Below are positions 40,825 through 55,800 of a DNA stretch of 64,000 nucleotides, piece by piece; the stretch's first letter is position 1; each line of letters opens with the position of its first letter. The stretch is from Enoplolaimus lenunculus (Eukaryota): contig JASANG010002792.1 of the NCBI GenBank assembly GCA_030248215.1, forward strand, positions 496,001 to 560,000. Direction: 5' to 3'. Made by a program: the position numbers and the translations under genes. Under the pieces are notes generated by a model. That model had not been told where the DNA came from, searched no databases, and was given only the letters and a program-made list of their open reading frames with translations.

Positions 40825-43800
40825 ATGCTTAAAAAGTTCGAATCCAAATCAGCTCGCGTTAAAGGCAAGTAGTGTAATTTATCATTGACTATCTAAACAA
40901 GTTTAATCTTACTGCCTAAACAAGTAGCTATATATAATCGTGCATTATGTGCTCTGGTTCAACTTGAAATTATCCATCTAGCTTTATTTCTTCGTTTGAT
41001 TTTTGCAACATCCTTAAATGAGTATGTATACTGGATAGAGCCAGCTGACGTACTATGTTTTTCTTAAGTATAACTTGATTATGTTTTTACCAATTATTTA
41101 ATGTTCTGTAGTTTTCGCAAAAGCTCCTGTCCCAATCTTCGTTTATCAGAGAGCAGTTTGAGTTTGCTGAAGGTTCCTTTAGAACCCTGCTTTATTTGCT
41201 TTAGGTCTTGCATTTCATCCTACACGGCCTTGGATAATAGCAAGTTTACACAATGGCGTTATACAATTATGGGATTATCGTATGTGTGTATTAATCGACA
41301 AATTTGATGAGCACGATGGACCTGTTCGTGGTGTTTGTTTTCACATGCAGCAACCTTTGTTTGTATCCGGAGGCGATGACTATAAAATAAAGGTTATTTA
41401 CACCTCTTTCCAGGGGCAGTTGTGTATTGTTTCAAATTTGTTTCCTGTCTCTTTTTGGGGTTCACTGCAAATGATTGACATAGTTTTCCAAGAACTATTA
41501 TTATCAGCTTGTTTTTGTGAAGAATGACGTATTGTCAAAGATGGGCGATCTCGGTCACAAAAGCGAGACCGACACCTATCATACCGAGACCAAGACCTAA
41601 ACTTTTGATCTTGGTCTCGGTTAATTCTTAACAGTCACCGAAAATAAAAAGATTTTTCTAACAAAAGTTTTGAATCTTTTAATCTGCTCAGAATTGCCGT
41701 TTAATCAATACAATTAAACTAATGAATCGCCGCCAAACTTTATTGTTAGTTCATTTATCACTTGAAAATGGTGGAACAAAAGCAATCTTTAACTCCAATT
41801 ATAACAGACTGCACACATATGAAAATGAACTTAAGTGGATTATACGCGACCGTCAGTGCCAATAGCAATGAAAATTTTACTTGCTGATCAACTCTAGAAA
41901 GCTCATTCACTTTGCTTGTGCTGGGCAATTTTATTTGTTTCTTAACTTCCACACGCCCATGCCTAAGCTGAAGCGTAAGTCAAAACCTAAGCATCCATAT
42001 CGCAATGTAGTAAAAAATCGTTTTGTGGAAACTTGAAACTTCTATTAAAACAGTCATAGCGTTGAGGGTAGTAAAGAAGTATATACCCAATTTTTAGTGG
42101 TTCACACATACATTTAGTCCAAAATACGAGCAAAACATTGCTGCACCCTTTCATCAACCTCAAACTAGCTCAGCTAATAGCAGTTGTTTATCGTTTTCAC
42201 CTCTTTGGTCTCGATTTGCAAACCACCGAGACTAAAGAAGAGCGAGACCTATACCGAGACCAGCGAAATACCGAGACTTGCGGAGACCGAGTCCTAGATC
42301 GAGGCAGGCTATCTCTGCGTGTTGTTAGGTTTTAGTGTCAGATCAGCTAATAAAGCATTATTTGGTCGTTTTGGACACATATCATTAGCTTTGGTGTATA
42401 CGTACGTCCGTTAACTACACATTTGTGCACTTTTATTATACTAATTTAAGGTTTGGAATTACAAACAACGTAGGTGCATTTTCACACTTTTGGGCCATTT
42501 AGACTACATACGAACAACGTTTTTTCATCAGAAATACCCATGGATTATTTCCGCGTCGGATGATCAAACAATTCGGTAAGGATTGGTATAGTTGTGTTGT
42601 ATAGGCATGTAAGGTTGTGAATACCTTGCAGGATTAACTACTATGTTACGTCTCAATAGGAGTTAAGCAACTAAATTCACCTTTTTTGCGGTGTGTATAG
42701 TAATCTTCGTGTGCCCATGACATTTTTGTTAACTTTGAGTTCATAATTTTGTCTTAGATGAATTTGAAGAATAATCATATTTCATAACGCTGCCAAAATA
42801 ATGATAATTTTGGTTTGTTAATTTTATAGAATTTGGAACTGGCAAAACCGGCAGTCAGTTGCTATTTTAACTGGTCACAACCATTATGTTATGTGTGCCC
42901 AATTTCATCCAACCGAAGATTTGGTTGTTTCCGCATCGTTAGATCAAACAATTCGCGTATGGGATATTTCCGGTACATAGATGCATGTTTTCAATTATTG
43001 TGTTTTAGTGAAAAAATGACTATATATACCTACTTGATCAGTTTTTCAAAATCATATGAGTTTTAAGTATATTTAATACTGATGTTATACTTTTTATATA
43101 TACGTGCTTGCTGCTTCAACATTTCAAGCTGAAGAGATTACAGATCGGACTGAACTTTTTTCTGTTTAATAGTTATATTTATGTGTCATAATCCTCGTGA
43201 ACTAAGAAAGGAACAATGGGTCTGAAAATGTTTTGTTCGGATCCCCATTTCGATTTCAATTTAATTCAGTTCTTTTTGGTATTCTGGCATGCTTCTGAGC
43301 GCTTTGAATGGTTTTATTTGGTCTTATTTTCGGTTGGTTTTAGGATTGCGAAAGAAAAGTGTTGCGCCGGGTCCGCGGGGAATCGATGAAAGTAGCCGAG
43401 CAATTAGCTCAGTAAGCCAAACGGAATTGTTTGGACAGCCGGATGCAGTGGTCAAACATGTGCTGGAAGGTCATGACCGCGGTGTGAATTGGGTTGCGTT
43501 TCATCCAACATCTCCATTTATTGTTTCTGGAGCCGATGATCGACAGGTATGCTTTACACAATGCTGCATTTACATTTTGTACTTGATCTTGGCTGTAGTT
43601 CTGTCACGTTCTGATTAAAAAGAGTATCCAGCGTATTTTAGCCTGCCACAACACGTACGCAGCCTTATCTTACCTCACCGGATTTCTTGTGTGGTATGAC
43701 TACTACTAGTTTCAGGTCAAGTTGTGGCGTTATAATGAATCCAAAGCTTGGGAAATGGACAGTTGTCGTGGTCATTACAATAACGTTAGCTGTGTACTAT

Positions 43801-46800
43801 TCCATCCGCGTGCAGACTATATACTGTCGAATTCAGAAGACAAAAATATTCGCGTTTGGGACATTCAAAAGCGTGTTTGTGTTCACTGTTTTCGTCACGA
43901 TCATGACCGGTTTTGGGTTATGGCTGCCCATCCGTTTTTGAATTTGTTTGCTGCAGGTTAGTGCTCTTGTTGACGTTGCTTGTAGTTGTTATTTTTAGAT
44001 TTTTTTACCCATACCAAGTTTTTGTTTTCGGATTGATGCTTGTATATATTATGAACTATCGATATTGTGAAAGTATAAGACTGGCTAATGAAACGTGATA
44101 ACGCCGGCACTTAAGAAAGTTTGCGTTCAGCAGTTTTCAAAATTTTTTTGTTTTACCATGGAGATAGTTAATACAGTAGGATTGTCACAGGTAATGAAAG
44201 TTTTGCACTAATGTTTTTATTTTTATATGAATTTTCTGGGTTGTTATCGTTGTGTTTCAGGCCACGATAGCGGGATGATGATATTTAAAATTGAACGGGA
44301 ACGTCCGGCGTTCGCGGTTCATCAAAATTCTTTATATTACATGAAGGATCGGCAGTTACGACGTCTTGCTTTTGAAACTTCGAAAGATACAGGTGTAATG
44401 CATTTGCGAGGAGGTTCACGTGGTATACCTGCATATTCAATGTCATATAATCCTGCAGAATGTGCAATTTTGCTTGTGACAAAGTAAGCGCTACGTAAAC
44501 GTTTTTGCCGAACATGTATTCGCTGATTCTGTTCATGATCAGTCATATAATGCGCTTTTGACATTGGTAAACACTTGGCTGCTTATTTTTTTAATTTAAA
44601 GCGGTTGATCTAGTTTAATTTTACTTTTCTCGAATTGAGCAGAATGGTTGATTATGTTAAAGTGTTATTCCACGTTACACGATGTTTTGCAGGACCTCGC
44701 CAACCATTGAAAATTCAATTTACGAGTTAGTTACAATACCGCGTGAAGGTTCTGAAGGCGGTGAAAATAGCGCTGACGCTCGAAGGGCACCAGGGATAGC
44801 GGCTGTATGGGTCGCGCGCAACCGGTTTGCAGTTTTAGACCGCGCGCACAACTTATTGATCAAAAACTTGACAAACGAAGTTAGTTTGGAAAGTTCATTG
44901 TAGTTAAATATTAGGCGTTAGCTGATATTGTATTTATTAGACGTTTTATGTTCGCTAATCAAGGTTAGACGTTTTGTTATTCTTAGTCGTAAACTGGAGT
45001 GTTTATATCTTCGGCATTTATATTTTGACAAAGCTTTTTGGGTTTTGTTAAAAAATTTCAACTTGAGAATAAGTGGTTTTTTGAGACAGTCACATTTTTG
45101 AGATGTACACAAAGCCTTCTATTGGGATTTGCTCCAAATTTGGGCTCAGAATTGGCGAATATGATGTGACGGTCGTAGAACCGTGAAATATCTAACAATG
45201 TGTTTTAGTTTATGTAGATTATGGTTAATTTGATATAGATGCTTTAAGGTAACGAAGAAGATTGATGGGGCACCATCATGTGAAGATATATTTTACGCAG
45301 GAACAGGAATGCTTTTACTGAAAACACCAGAAGCGCTAATTTTGTTTGATGTCCAACAGAAACGCCAGGTATTTTGTTTGTTTGTCATTTTACTACTGAT
45401 ATATCGATGTTCTATTTTGGCATTGCTTTTTGAGTTTCGAGTGTCGATAAATAGATTAAAATGGTAATTGTGAGAGGGAACAGTATGAAAGGTTTTGAAT
45501 TAGCGCCAAGGTATTATTCGAAAATAGCAAGACTGTTCTGTTATGTTTAACTATTGTTAATTGCAGATTGCAACCGTTCGCGCGTCTAAAGTGAAATATG
45601 TCGTTTGGTCACCTGATATGTCTCATGCAGCATTGCTGAGCAAACACGGAGTCACTTTGATAACTCGTAAAATGCAAATACTGACATCACTTCATGAGAG
45701 CGTTCGTGTGAAATCGGGGGGCTGGGATGAGAACGCAGTAAGCACTGGCTTTTTCTTTAATGGTATTTTCTTGCATCCGGATTGCTATATACTGGTTACA
45801 TCTGGACAGCTGAAAGTGGAACGGTAAAAAGAAAGTACATACATGATTTTATTGTCAGTAAGATAAGATTTTTGGTTGGAAGGTTTATTTTTGAAAAAAT
45901 ATTGATTATTTGTAAATTGAGGTAATCGACCACAGTTAAATTTTGTGCATGCGGATATGGAGTTTTCTGACTAATATGCATCATTTTGTATTATGGGTGC
46001 ATTTTATCAACCGGCAATAATGTCACAGTTCCTTGTTTGTCCAATGCACCGGGCGTGAACCTGTTTAGCAGATATATTTTTAGTTTTAGCGAAGTTTGAA
46101 ATTAGTTCGTCAATAGAACAATACATTAGTTTTTCAGGTGTTCATTTACACTACCAGTAATCACTTGAAATACGCGTTACCGAGCGGTGATCATGGTATT
46201 ATTCGAACAATTGATGTACCGATATATATCACACGAGTTAAAGGTGCTATGTTGCTGTGACTCAATTGTGTTTAAACAACTAGCAGCTTTAAAATAAGAA
46301 TATATTTTAAATAATGTTCATATTCAGCAGATTAGTTTCAAGGCTGACTTCATAGTCGGATAACTAAAATATTGGCTTTAGTACACGGATGTGGAACTAA
46401 ATAGACACTTTACGGTAATTTTTATTTGCATTTATGCCTAAGACACCCTATTTTATCTTTACCCGTATTTTAGGCAATAGTGTTCATTGTATCACACGAG
46501 AAGCACAGCCACGAATGCTCACCATTGATCCAACTGAATACAAATTTAAACTCGCACTCATTAATCGACGCTACGATGAGGTTTTGTATATGGTTCGAAA
46601 TTCTAAGCTTGTTGGCCAAAGCATAATCGCGTACTTGCAAAAGAATGGTAATTTGAATAGCTTTTAGTGGATTTATTTTCATTTTTGGTTACTTTTGAAA
46701 TATGGTGCAATACATACTTGCGGTTAGGCGAAACAAATTGTTGTTTTTATTATGTTGCAAACGTGATAGTTGTTTTTTAGTGGAACGCATAAGTGGCTTT

Positions 46801-49800
46801 AAACTCGTGCTCGTTACCTTTGTAACATATAGGTTTACATAAAGAAGTTTGTTACAATTTGACATTCAAGGCTTTTGTTGTTTAAGGATACCCCGAAATT
46901 GCATTGCATTTTGTAAAAGATGAAAAAACACGATTTGGCCTTGCTTTGGAGTGCGGAAACCTTGAAATTGCACTTGACGCAGCGAGAGCTCTCGATGATA
47001 AGGCGTGTTGGGAAGCTCTTGGTCAGGCGGCGTTGCTACAGGTAGACACTGTCTGACAAGCGTTATGTTTTAACATTTGTTGTTATAAAGACGTTTATGC
47101 AAATTTGTGTGATGTAGCAAGCTGGTTAGCTTTGTATAAATTAGTTGTTTAGCTATAATAAAATTATTTTACATGTTTTAAATAATTTTCAGACATATTT
47201 AATGCAAAATTTTACTTTTACAATTGCTTCTGTTTACCCAATGGACACATTAAAAATCTGAAACTGTTGATAAGAACACATTTAGGGAAATCACCAAATC
47301 GTAGAAGTTGCGTATCAGCGTACGAAGAATTTTGACAAATTGTCGTTTTTATATTTGATTACTGGCAACTTGGAAAAATTTCGTAAAATGATGAAAATTG
47401 CGGAAATTCGAAAAGACTTGCCCAGCCATTACCAAACGGCACTACTGTTGGGAGATGTTAGAGAACGTGTTAAAGTAAGCTTTCATTTTGTATACGCGGT
47501 CTTACATAGTGAGTTCCTCGCAAAACATTGAAAACATCTGACAAGAGACGGTTCAGTGGAGTTTTAACAAAACCTATTCTGATTTAAATTCAAATATAAA
47601 ACGTGTGGCGTGGAACTAAAGGATCGTTTGACATGCCAATACGGCATTGCACTGGATTTCGTTTGTTCATTATTTTGTGTTTTCAAGCTTGTTATGTTTT
47701 GGCTAAAGCATAGCGAGCACGCCTTTTAAAACGATACGTACCACTCAGTACGGCAAATGTTTAAAAATCAGTTATTGAATTTTATTCGACTTGCTTTTAG
47801 CTGCTGAGGAATTGCGGACAGAATTCGCTGGCTTATTTGACTGCAGCAACACATGGTTTGACCGAAGAAAGTGAAGAACTGGCCACTGTATTACAGGATT
47901 CAGGTATGTAAAAAGAATTTATGTATTTTGAATTCTTTGTTTTTGTGATTTTATAAACAACCGCAGTAGGAAGCCGTAACTGTGCCAGAGCCGGAACCAG
48001 ATATTAAAAGCATTCATCAGTGCTAATTAGCAACTTATGGCAGTCCTGTGACATTGAACAAAACCATTTAATTTGATTGTGATTTTTCAATTTAAATACG
48101 TAATGGTATGGCATTCAGTTTGTATATTATAGTTTTCGGCGCTGTTGTAGTTTTTGGGACAACAGAGTGAAATATTAATATGGAAAGTGGTAGACTTTTC
48201 CAGGGCCGTTGTTTTTACCGAGGCCTGGGAAAGTAGTAACCGTTGCCATGTTAGAACACGTAAAGATAACTGTTAACATGAGCTATGATATACGTAATAC
48301 GTATATGGTCACTAACAGTGGGAAAATAAACAAACAATGTATATATTATTGTGTAGTGTGTGTATAGCAAACCGTATGAAAATACAAAATACCGTGTGCA
48401 TTTATCTCAGATACAGCGATTATTGTTTTCTGTTGACTTTATATTGTAATTGATGGAAGAATAGTTCGTCCAGTGTTTTTCTTTTAGCTTTTCTTTATAT
48501 ATCCATGGGCGGACTGTGTGAGGAGTTTGAAAGCTGGATATATCTCTTTTGAAAATGCAGTTTGAGGTTTGAATATATCTAGTTCCGATTCCGGTAACAC
48601 GTTTTTAGTCCAATTTCAATCCCTATTGCGATAAAACTTAGTTCCCTTTTTCACCCTTTATATGTGTTATAAAATGGTAACTTTTACATTTTCTAAATTT
48701 ATCAACTTTTTTAAATTTGGTGTTTATTGTGATTTTATAGTGTTTCAAATGAGAACTAAGCGTGATAAGCTTGTTTTTCATGAGAGTCGATTAAGGATTG
48801 TATATGCGTAAAACTGAATTTGCTTCGGCCTCGGCAAAAAACGTAGGATACCATGGACGGGGCATCTCTAGAAAATGCAACTTTTAAAATAATTTGACAT
48901 GTAGTGCGAAACATAAACTTGATTGGCTGTCTTCCTATTTAGGTCAACCGTTGCCTCCTGTCGATCCACAAGCAATACTGCTTGTTCCGCCGCCTCCAAT
49001 ATCGCCATGTGAAGAGAATTGGCCATTGCTTACGGTATCTCGTGGACTGTTTGATGTAGCAAGTTTGGGAACGAAGCAAGGAGGCGCGGTAGCAGCAGCA
49101 GCAGCGGGGACTGGCCTTGTTGCCACTGGTGATGGTATGAGTGAACAGTTATATATAATGCAAATATTTCTGAGGGTGAAATAAGTATTCTGCTTGGCGT
49201 GGTACGTGATACTGTTGGGTACTGTTACTGATTGAGCGGGTTTCAATGTTCAGCAACTTATGTTTGCATTTTTATTTACATTTGGTTGATTTAATTTTTC
49301 TGATTTTTTTAAACTTTTTTAATTAAACTTTAAGACATTTTTGATCTAACATACAGAGTAAGTTTTCGTATAACGGAAATTTCTCTCAAAAACACATCGC
49401 GCTGAAGTCAGAAATCTAATCTGCGACGAACACTGAAGCAAAAAGCTGCAGTAGACAGCGTTTGCATTAGACATCCCACTGGATAATCGATTGACCTTTG
49501 TTGTGTGCTTTAGTAGGCATCACACTGAAGCCGAAAAGTTTCGGCATCAATAGACATCGTACCGAATCCGAAAAGTTTCGATGTAACGTACACTAAAACA
49601 GAAATGTTTCTCAGCATACTTAAGCGTTTCGGCTCCAAGGTATTAACTACCGAGGTTTTTATATCTTCGGTGTCCATCACCCACCCTCCTAAGAAGCTGC
49701 GTGGTGTGCACATCAAGATTTATGCGTATCCGGTTCTGGTATAAATCTATCGGATACCTGATAATTGTGGTTGTGGTCTCAAATAACATAAATCTGTGTG

Positions 49801-52800
49801 TTACACATGTAAAAATACTACATATTTTGTTTGCGACTGCAGTTCCGGGCATGTCTAGAGCTGAAAGTTAGGACACTGAAGTTGAATAAAAATCCAAGCT
49901 AATGGACACTGAAATAGAATAAAAATCCAAGCTAAATATTAATTTTAATTCAGTAACCATATTACCTTAACAATGCACAATATGAGATGTATGTGGTTGG
50001 CATCCGGTTCTGATTAAAAATTTCATATCCAGTCCTGATTCCTGATACACATGATATTACGGAAGTTCCATAATTTGTTTCAGAGTGAGTTCGTTGACGT
50101 TGAGCATTGAAAATTATATGTTTTTAGCGGAAGCTGGTGGCGCATGGGGTGAAGATGATATTGTAATCGATGAGGACGGTGGTATTGTTGATGTTAGCGG
50201 AGGTTTGGGTCCTGATTCTGGCGATGTGTTGGAAGGCGACGAGGAAGGCGAAGGTATTTATGCATATTTGAGTAGTGACACTCAGAGCGAAGATCGCAGT
50301 ACCGCCAACCAGTGGCGGATCCAGGATCTCAAAATGGGGGGGGGCCAAAATTTCACAGGTAATAAACTTATTTTTGACCCATACTGTAGTGACCCAAATA
50401 AGAGGGGGTCCCCATTTCGAGTCCCAATTAATAAGAGTCCGTATCCCTAATAAGAGTACGTAAGTGAGTACAGTCCTTATACTTTTGTTAGAGTCCATAA
50501 ATGTCTATTATCCCTAATTGTAGCGCATAAATGACTCCAAGGTTAAATAAAGGTGAGTTCGAAACTTTAAAGCGTGCTTATACTATTGTGTATAAAACAG
50601 AGAAATAAACAGCGTTGAACAACAATTGACACTATATAATTTTTGTCGAGATACTGTTGGGGGCAACCATTTCAAGTATTATACTCGGGGCCCAAAGGTG
50701 GATGTCCGTCCGTGTCATATTGTTTTGAAAGCTTGTTATCTTGAGACGTTAACTTCGCATTGGGGTTTCACAATTCCAAGCCGTTTATTAGCTACAGGAT
50801 AATTTGAATTATTGGTTCCGCCAAAATTACTATTTTTATGTTACCTTTTTCACAGGGCTGCAAGCAGTCTGCCTTCGGTACTAAAAGATTTTGGGTGCGA
50901 GAAATATCAATTTAACATTTATGTAGCTTCCAAAACAGATAAAATGAAAAGCTGGCTACTAACTAATTAGTATGCTAGCTTAATTGGTTGAGCCTAAAAT
51001 TAAAACTTTATAAATTATTTCACTGAATGGTAGGTTTACAAGAGATTTGATGTCAGTGCTAAAAAGCTTTTGCGCGTGAGGACCTTGAATAAATTGTTTA
51101 AACATCCTAAAAAGATAAATGAATATCTAGCTACTTACTGATTTGAATATTAGCTATGCCGCCTATCGCAGTTGAATAAGGGAATATATAGTTTTTATAA
51201 GCTTTAGTGCGCTATTGACTTTAGTAAATACTTACGGGTTTGCTATACAGTTGAGTGTTCTTGACCGTAGGATATTTTGAGATGAAAAATTTGGTCTCTT
51301 ACACATTAATTAGCTGCTTCATAATAGTTTGGTCTCTTCCAAATTACTTAACTACTCCATATTTAGCCTTTATAAGTTTGTAACATTCTATTTGAGTTTA
51401 ACTAGACTATGAAACGTGTCCAAGCTTCGATCAATACATGTAGTTCCACTACTACTTGTTCTTAGTTTCTTGGGTACCACAGACATACTGCGTTCAGTGC
51501 AGTTAGGTAGGTACGAAACTGTGCCCGTCGGTGTCAGCGAAAATATGCTTATATAATGTTTATGAATTCAAAGGTAATATTTTTTATAGATTAGTTACTT
51601 TTGTTTACTACTGGGTGGTTGCAACCGAAACGTCTACGAATGAAAATTTTTTAGGAGTTGTGAAACGTACCGAAAAGACGTTTTGTATATTTTTGTAAAT
51701 TAGTTGCGTTTTTGTTTATCACTGGTGGTAGTACCCCGCAAAGCCCTGAATGTTAAAACTTCTATGAATAAAGCACGTCACCGGATAACATTAAAATTTT
51801 TAAAAAAGTATAGTGCCATCCTAAGATGGATGTTCAACTGGCGTAAGTGGAACTTGTGAAAGACGTCCAATGCAATCTAAATCGCGTAATGATAGCATTG
51901 GTGTTGGTGTTGGTGTGGCTGAACGACGCCTTGCTCTACTTTGCAGACCCCTGTTGTGAAGAGGTGATCCATCTGTTACGACAGCTGTTTCTGGTTTGAT
52001 TGCATAAACTGTAAGACGATTTGAGTTCGGCTGGCTTAAGACAGAAGATTGCAGTGAGCTAGACGTAGGGCTGTTCACTTGTATTTGGTTGCGGGTGTCG
52101 CTGGGCTCCGCGGGAGTTGTGCCTTCGCGAGAGTCGAGATCTTTTCCGGTGACTGTACTCATGAATTCATCATACGTGGGCGGAGGCTGGAAAATAGCTG
52201 ATTTGTACATACATTAGTATAACTGTAGCTTGGTAACAAGTACCGTTTAAAGTGTATTAAAATTTAGTTTAATTTAATGAATCTACCACCCAGTATCTGT
52301 GACACTTTTTAACTGTCTAAAAGAAGATTACTGACTTGTTGATTAATTAATGTTGGATTCTGTAGATCTCGCTGTTCCTATGTGTGCCTCATTTTGCTTT
52401 CTTGACTGAAATTTGATGTGCATGAAACTTCAACTACCGATTTTACTGTTTTGTCTTACGATGTGTGGTGTACTGCTTACCGTATTGCGTTGTTGCAACA
52501 CTTCCAAATGATGTTGCCATATTTGATCAAGTTGTTCGATATTAATATACGATGGAATCTGTGTTCTAGTTCTTGGTGTCACGTGTTGCATGGAACCTGC
52601 ATGGGAAATTGAAGCTGAAAGTGGCTCTTCTGAAACTCTTGAACAGCATAACAGTTTTCCAGGGTGCGACCGGATATCCGGTTCCGGCTTATTATCCGGC
52701 AAAAACTGATATCCGGTTCTGTTATCCGGGCATAAACAAATCGGATACCGGACATTTACGGTTGTGCTTCTGAATATATAAAATTGCTTTTTGCACGTAA

Positions 52801-55800
52801 GCTTCTTTAATATCTGGCTGCGATTATATTTCTGGGCAAGTCAAGAGGTTCAAAGTTTGACACGTTTCAATATTTTTAACTTATGAAAGCGAGCGAGAAT
52901 TAAACACATTTTTACATTAATAATATTTTAATTTATCAGCTTGAGTATGCTAAATACAGCAAAAAATAAGTTATTTTAACATATACAATATCCGGTCCTG
53001 GTAAAAAATTCTATATCCGTATCCCGTTCCGGCATCCAATTTGAGGGATAATGTTATTAAATGTCACAGATTAAACGAAATTCACTCAAATTATTAGCTG
53101 AAGTACAAAATGGCAATGCAACGACGTTTTTGCGTCAATGCAAACCATGCTACAAAACATAAACTCTATGTGCGTCTATTTTAAACTTGGTGTTGGTTGA
53201 CTAAAGATTTTCGTATTGAATTATAGTGCATACAGCTTGGTGGTGGTTTTACCAGGATGTAAACTGGATACTATTAAAAATAGAATATGCTTTAAGATTT
53301 ATACTTTCATAATCTTTTTCCGTTTCCAAGATAAAAATAATACGAAGCGCTTTTGACGCTTGAAAAAGAAATTAATGTTGACGCGAAAGTAGCGTTTTGG
53401 TAAGCACTAAAAAGCAGGGTTATTTTTTCCGGAAAAAATTATGACCGGAAAAACATGAATTTTTCTATTTTTTCGAAAAAATGGAAAAATCCATTCTTTG
53501 TCTAAGTAATTGTGGCGGACATATACACACGGTCACTATTAATGTGTTGCATGTTAAATTAGTTACATGTCATCTATGGTTTTTCGACCCCCTCGGAAAA
53601 AAATGGACACAAATGGGAAAAACCATTTTTTCCGGTAATTTTTTTCGGCCAACAACCCTGCTAAAAAGCTTTTACTTAATATTATTTTGATACGCAAGCG
53701 ATTCGTTTTAGCGTTTTCAAAGTGCATTTTATATTTGACACCATTTCTAAATAAAATACAGTAGTTGTTTGACGTTATACCGGAACTATTTGTCTATTGA
53801 TGTGCTATATTTACCTATTGTCTCGCCAGCAGACTCTTGCTGCAAACTAGGAGCCGCACGTATAATTGGAATTAATGAAAACCTGCGGCCAGAAGCATGT
53901 GGTGGTGGTGGTGGTGGTAGCGGTGGATGTTCACCTTGTTCGATACCGAGTTGTGTTTGCTGTGATATTCGCATGTAACGCACCACAAGTGATCGCAGCA
54001 AACAATATGCGATAATAAGAACAATTATTACACAAATAAATATGACGACAATAATTTGTGGTGTTGTCAGACACCACGGGTCTCTCTGCGTGTTGCCCTT
54101 TGAGTAGCATTCCATTTTAGCTTTCAGAAGGCCAGTTAGCGGCAGGCAAGATGATATTTTGGTCGACCACGACGTATTTTGAGTGTGCGTTCTGCTGTTC
54201 GTTCTCGACTTCAAACACAATTTAGTGTTGAAATTCGGATGCTATCTTGAAGTGTTCTTCGTTGTTTCTTTACCTGTGCGACCGCTTTAGATGTACTGGA
54301 TTTTGTTTGGAATTCCTTGAGCTCACCGTCGGGTCGTACTTTGATGATGTAACCAACTGAATAATTTAGAGCGTGCGTTTTGAAATAGTGATGTAAGCTT
54401 GCATAATGTTACAAGTGGATAACTAGGTTCCAGTTATCAGTCTTCGTCTCTAAACTTTGTTCAACATACACTCACGTTGAGTACGGCTAAAATCCGCATT
54501 AAACATTTCTCGATGAACAGATAAAATATGAGGGAATTATAAAAAGGCTTTTGGAACATTTTAAGCAAAGAAATGCGGTATCAAGCTAACAATATTAAGG
54601 TAACTATCAAAAATCACAAAACAGTGAGAATAATCTATCACACGCCGAACATATTCAGGCTTTAACATTCTTATGCATGAAAGATGCAAGCTTTCGTATT
54701 TACGAATGCAAAAAATGTTAGTTTGTGTATGAGTCTAATTAGAAAATAATATAAACTATTGTTTATGGCAACTAACGTTGTGTTCCGTGTTCATGTAGGG
54801 TTTCAAATACAAAGTTTACTAGTTTTTCTGTATTTGTCGACATTTATTGTTGATAATCGCCCATAATGTAAGGTTTCACTTTGAAAACAAACAACCACGC
54901 GTAAATTTTTAAATATGGGTCCTGTTTAATTATCTACGGTATCCGTGTTACTATGTTATTTAGTGCAGAGTTGTTCTGATATATATGTTATTGCGAAAAA
55001 CTATCAGTTCTTGCAGAAAAGCTGAAATATGTTGCATCCATTAGCCTACTGAAGGTTGCTGGTTTTCCAGGCTAAGTGCTTGAAGTTTGTAGCAACTGAC
55101 ACTGCTGCAGTATACGAAAGACCAGGATGGTGTTTTACATATTACTATCTGCACCGTTATTCCAAGGACGAGGTTTATTGAAACTGATACGAAAGCGTTA
55201 AGAAGTTATTATTCCACTCTTTTTTACAGTAAAGCAAGAACGGTTGTATACTGGCCAGAAACGACTACAAGCTTGGCTGGCTTCCAGCGGAATCCTTGAG
55301 TCTATTTCGGATTTTGATGTCTGATCGTTTCCGGTGAAAACTATCAATTCCGGTTCTCATCTCTGTTCCGGCAAAATATAGTTCAAGTTAAAGAAACCCT
55401 GCAGTTTATAGTTTATTTGAAGCGAAGACGAGGTAGCATTCTACCAAATTGGCAACAAAAATACGATAACAAAATTTAAGATTGTGAAAGTATTACCACA
55501 CTTTAGCTGTTTTTTGTGTTAAGGTTGGGACGTCGAAGGTGGCGACTTGGAGCTTCCAGCTGATTTGGACGTTTCGGCAAAAGCATCAGCGGATCAAGAA
55601 GGCTTTTTTGTGCCGCCGACGCGTGGGATGCCTCCGCCACAACACTGGATCAATAATTCGCAACTTCCTGTAGATCACGTTTTAGGTGTGTAAATCAAAT
55701 TTGACTACGCACAGTATCACGTGTAAAATCTGCATTGCGGGATGAGTTTTTAATGTCACTTGTTTGATAAAATTGTCAATTTTGAAGCTGCTACCAGCGG

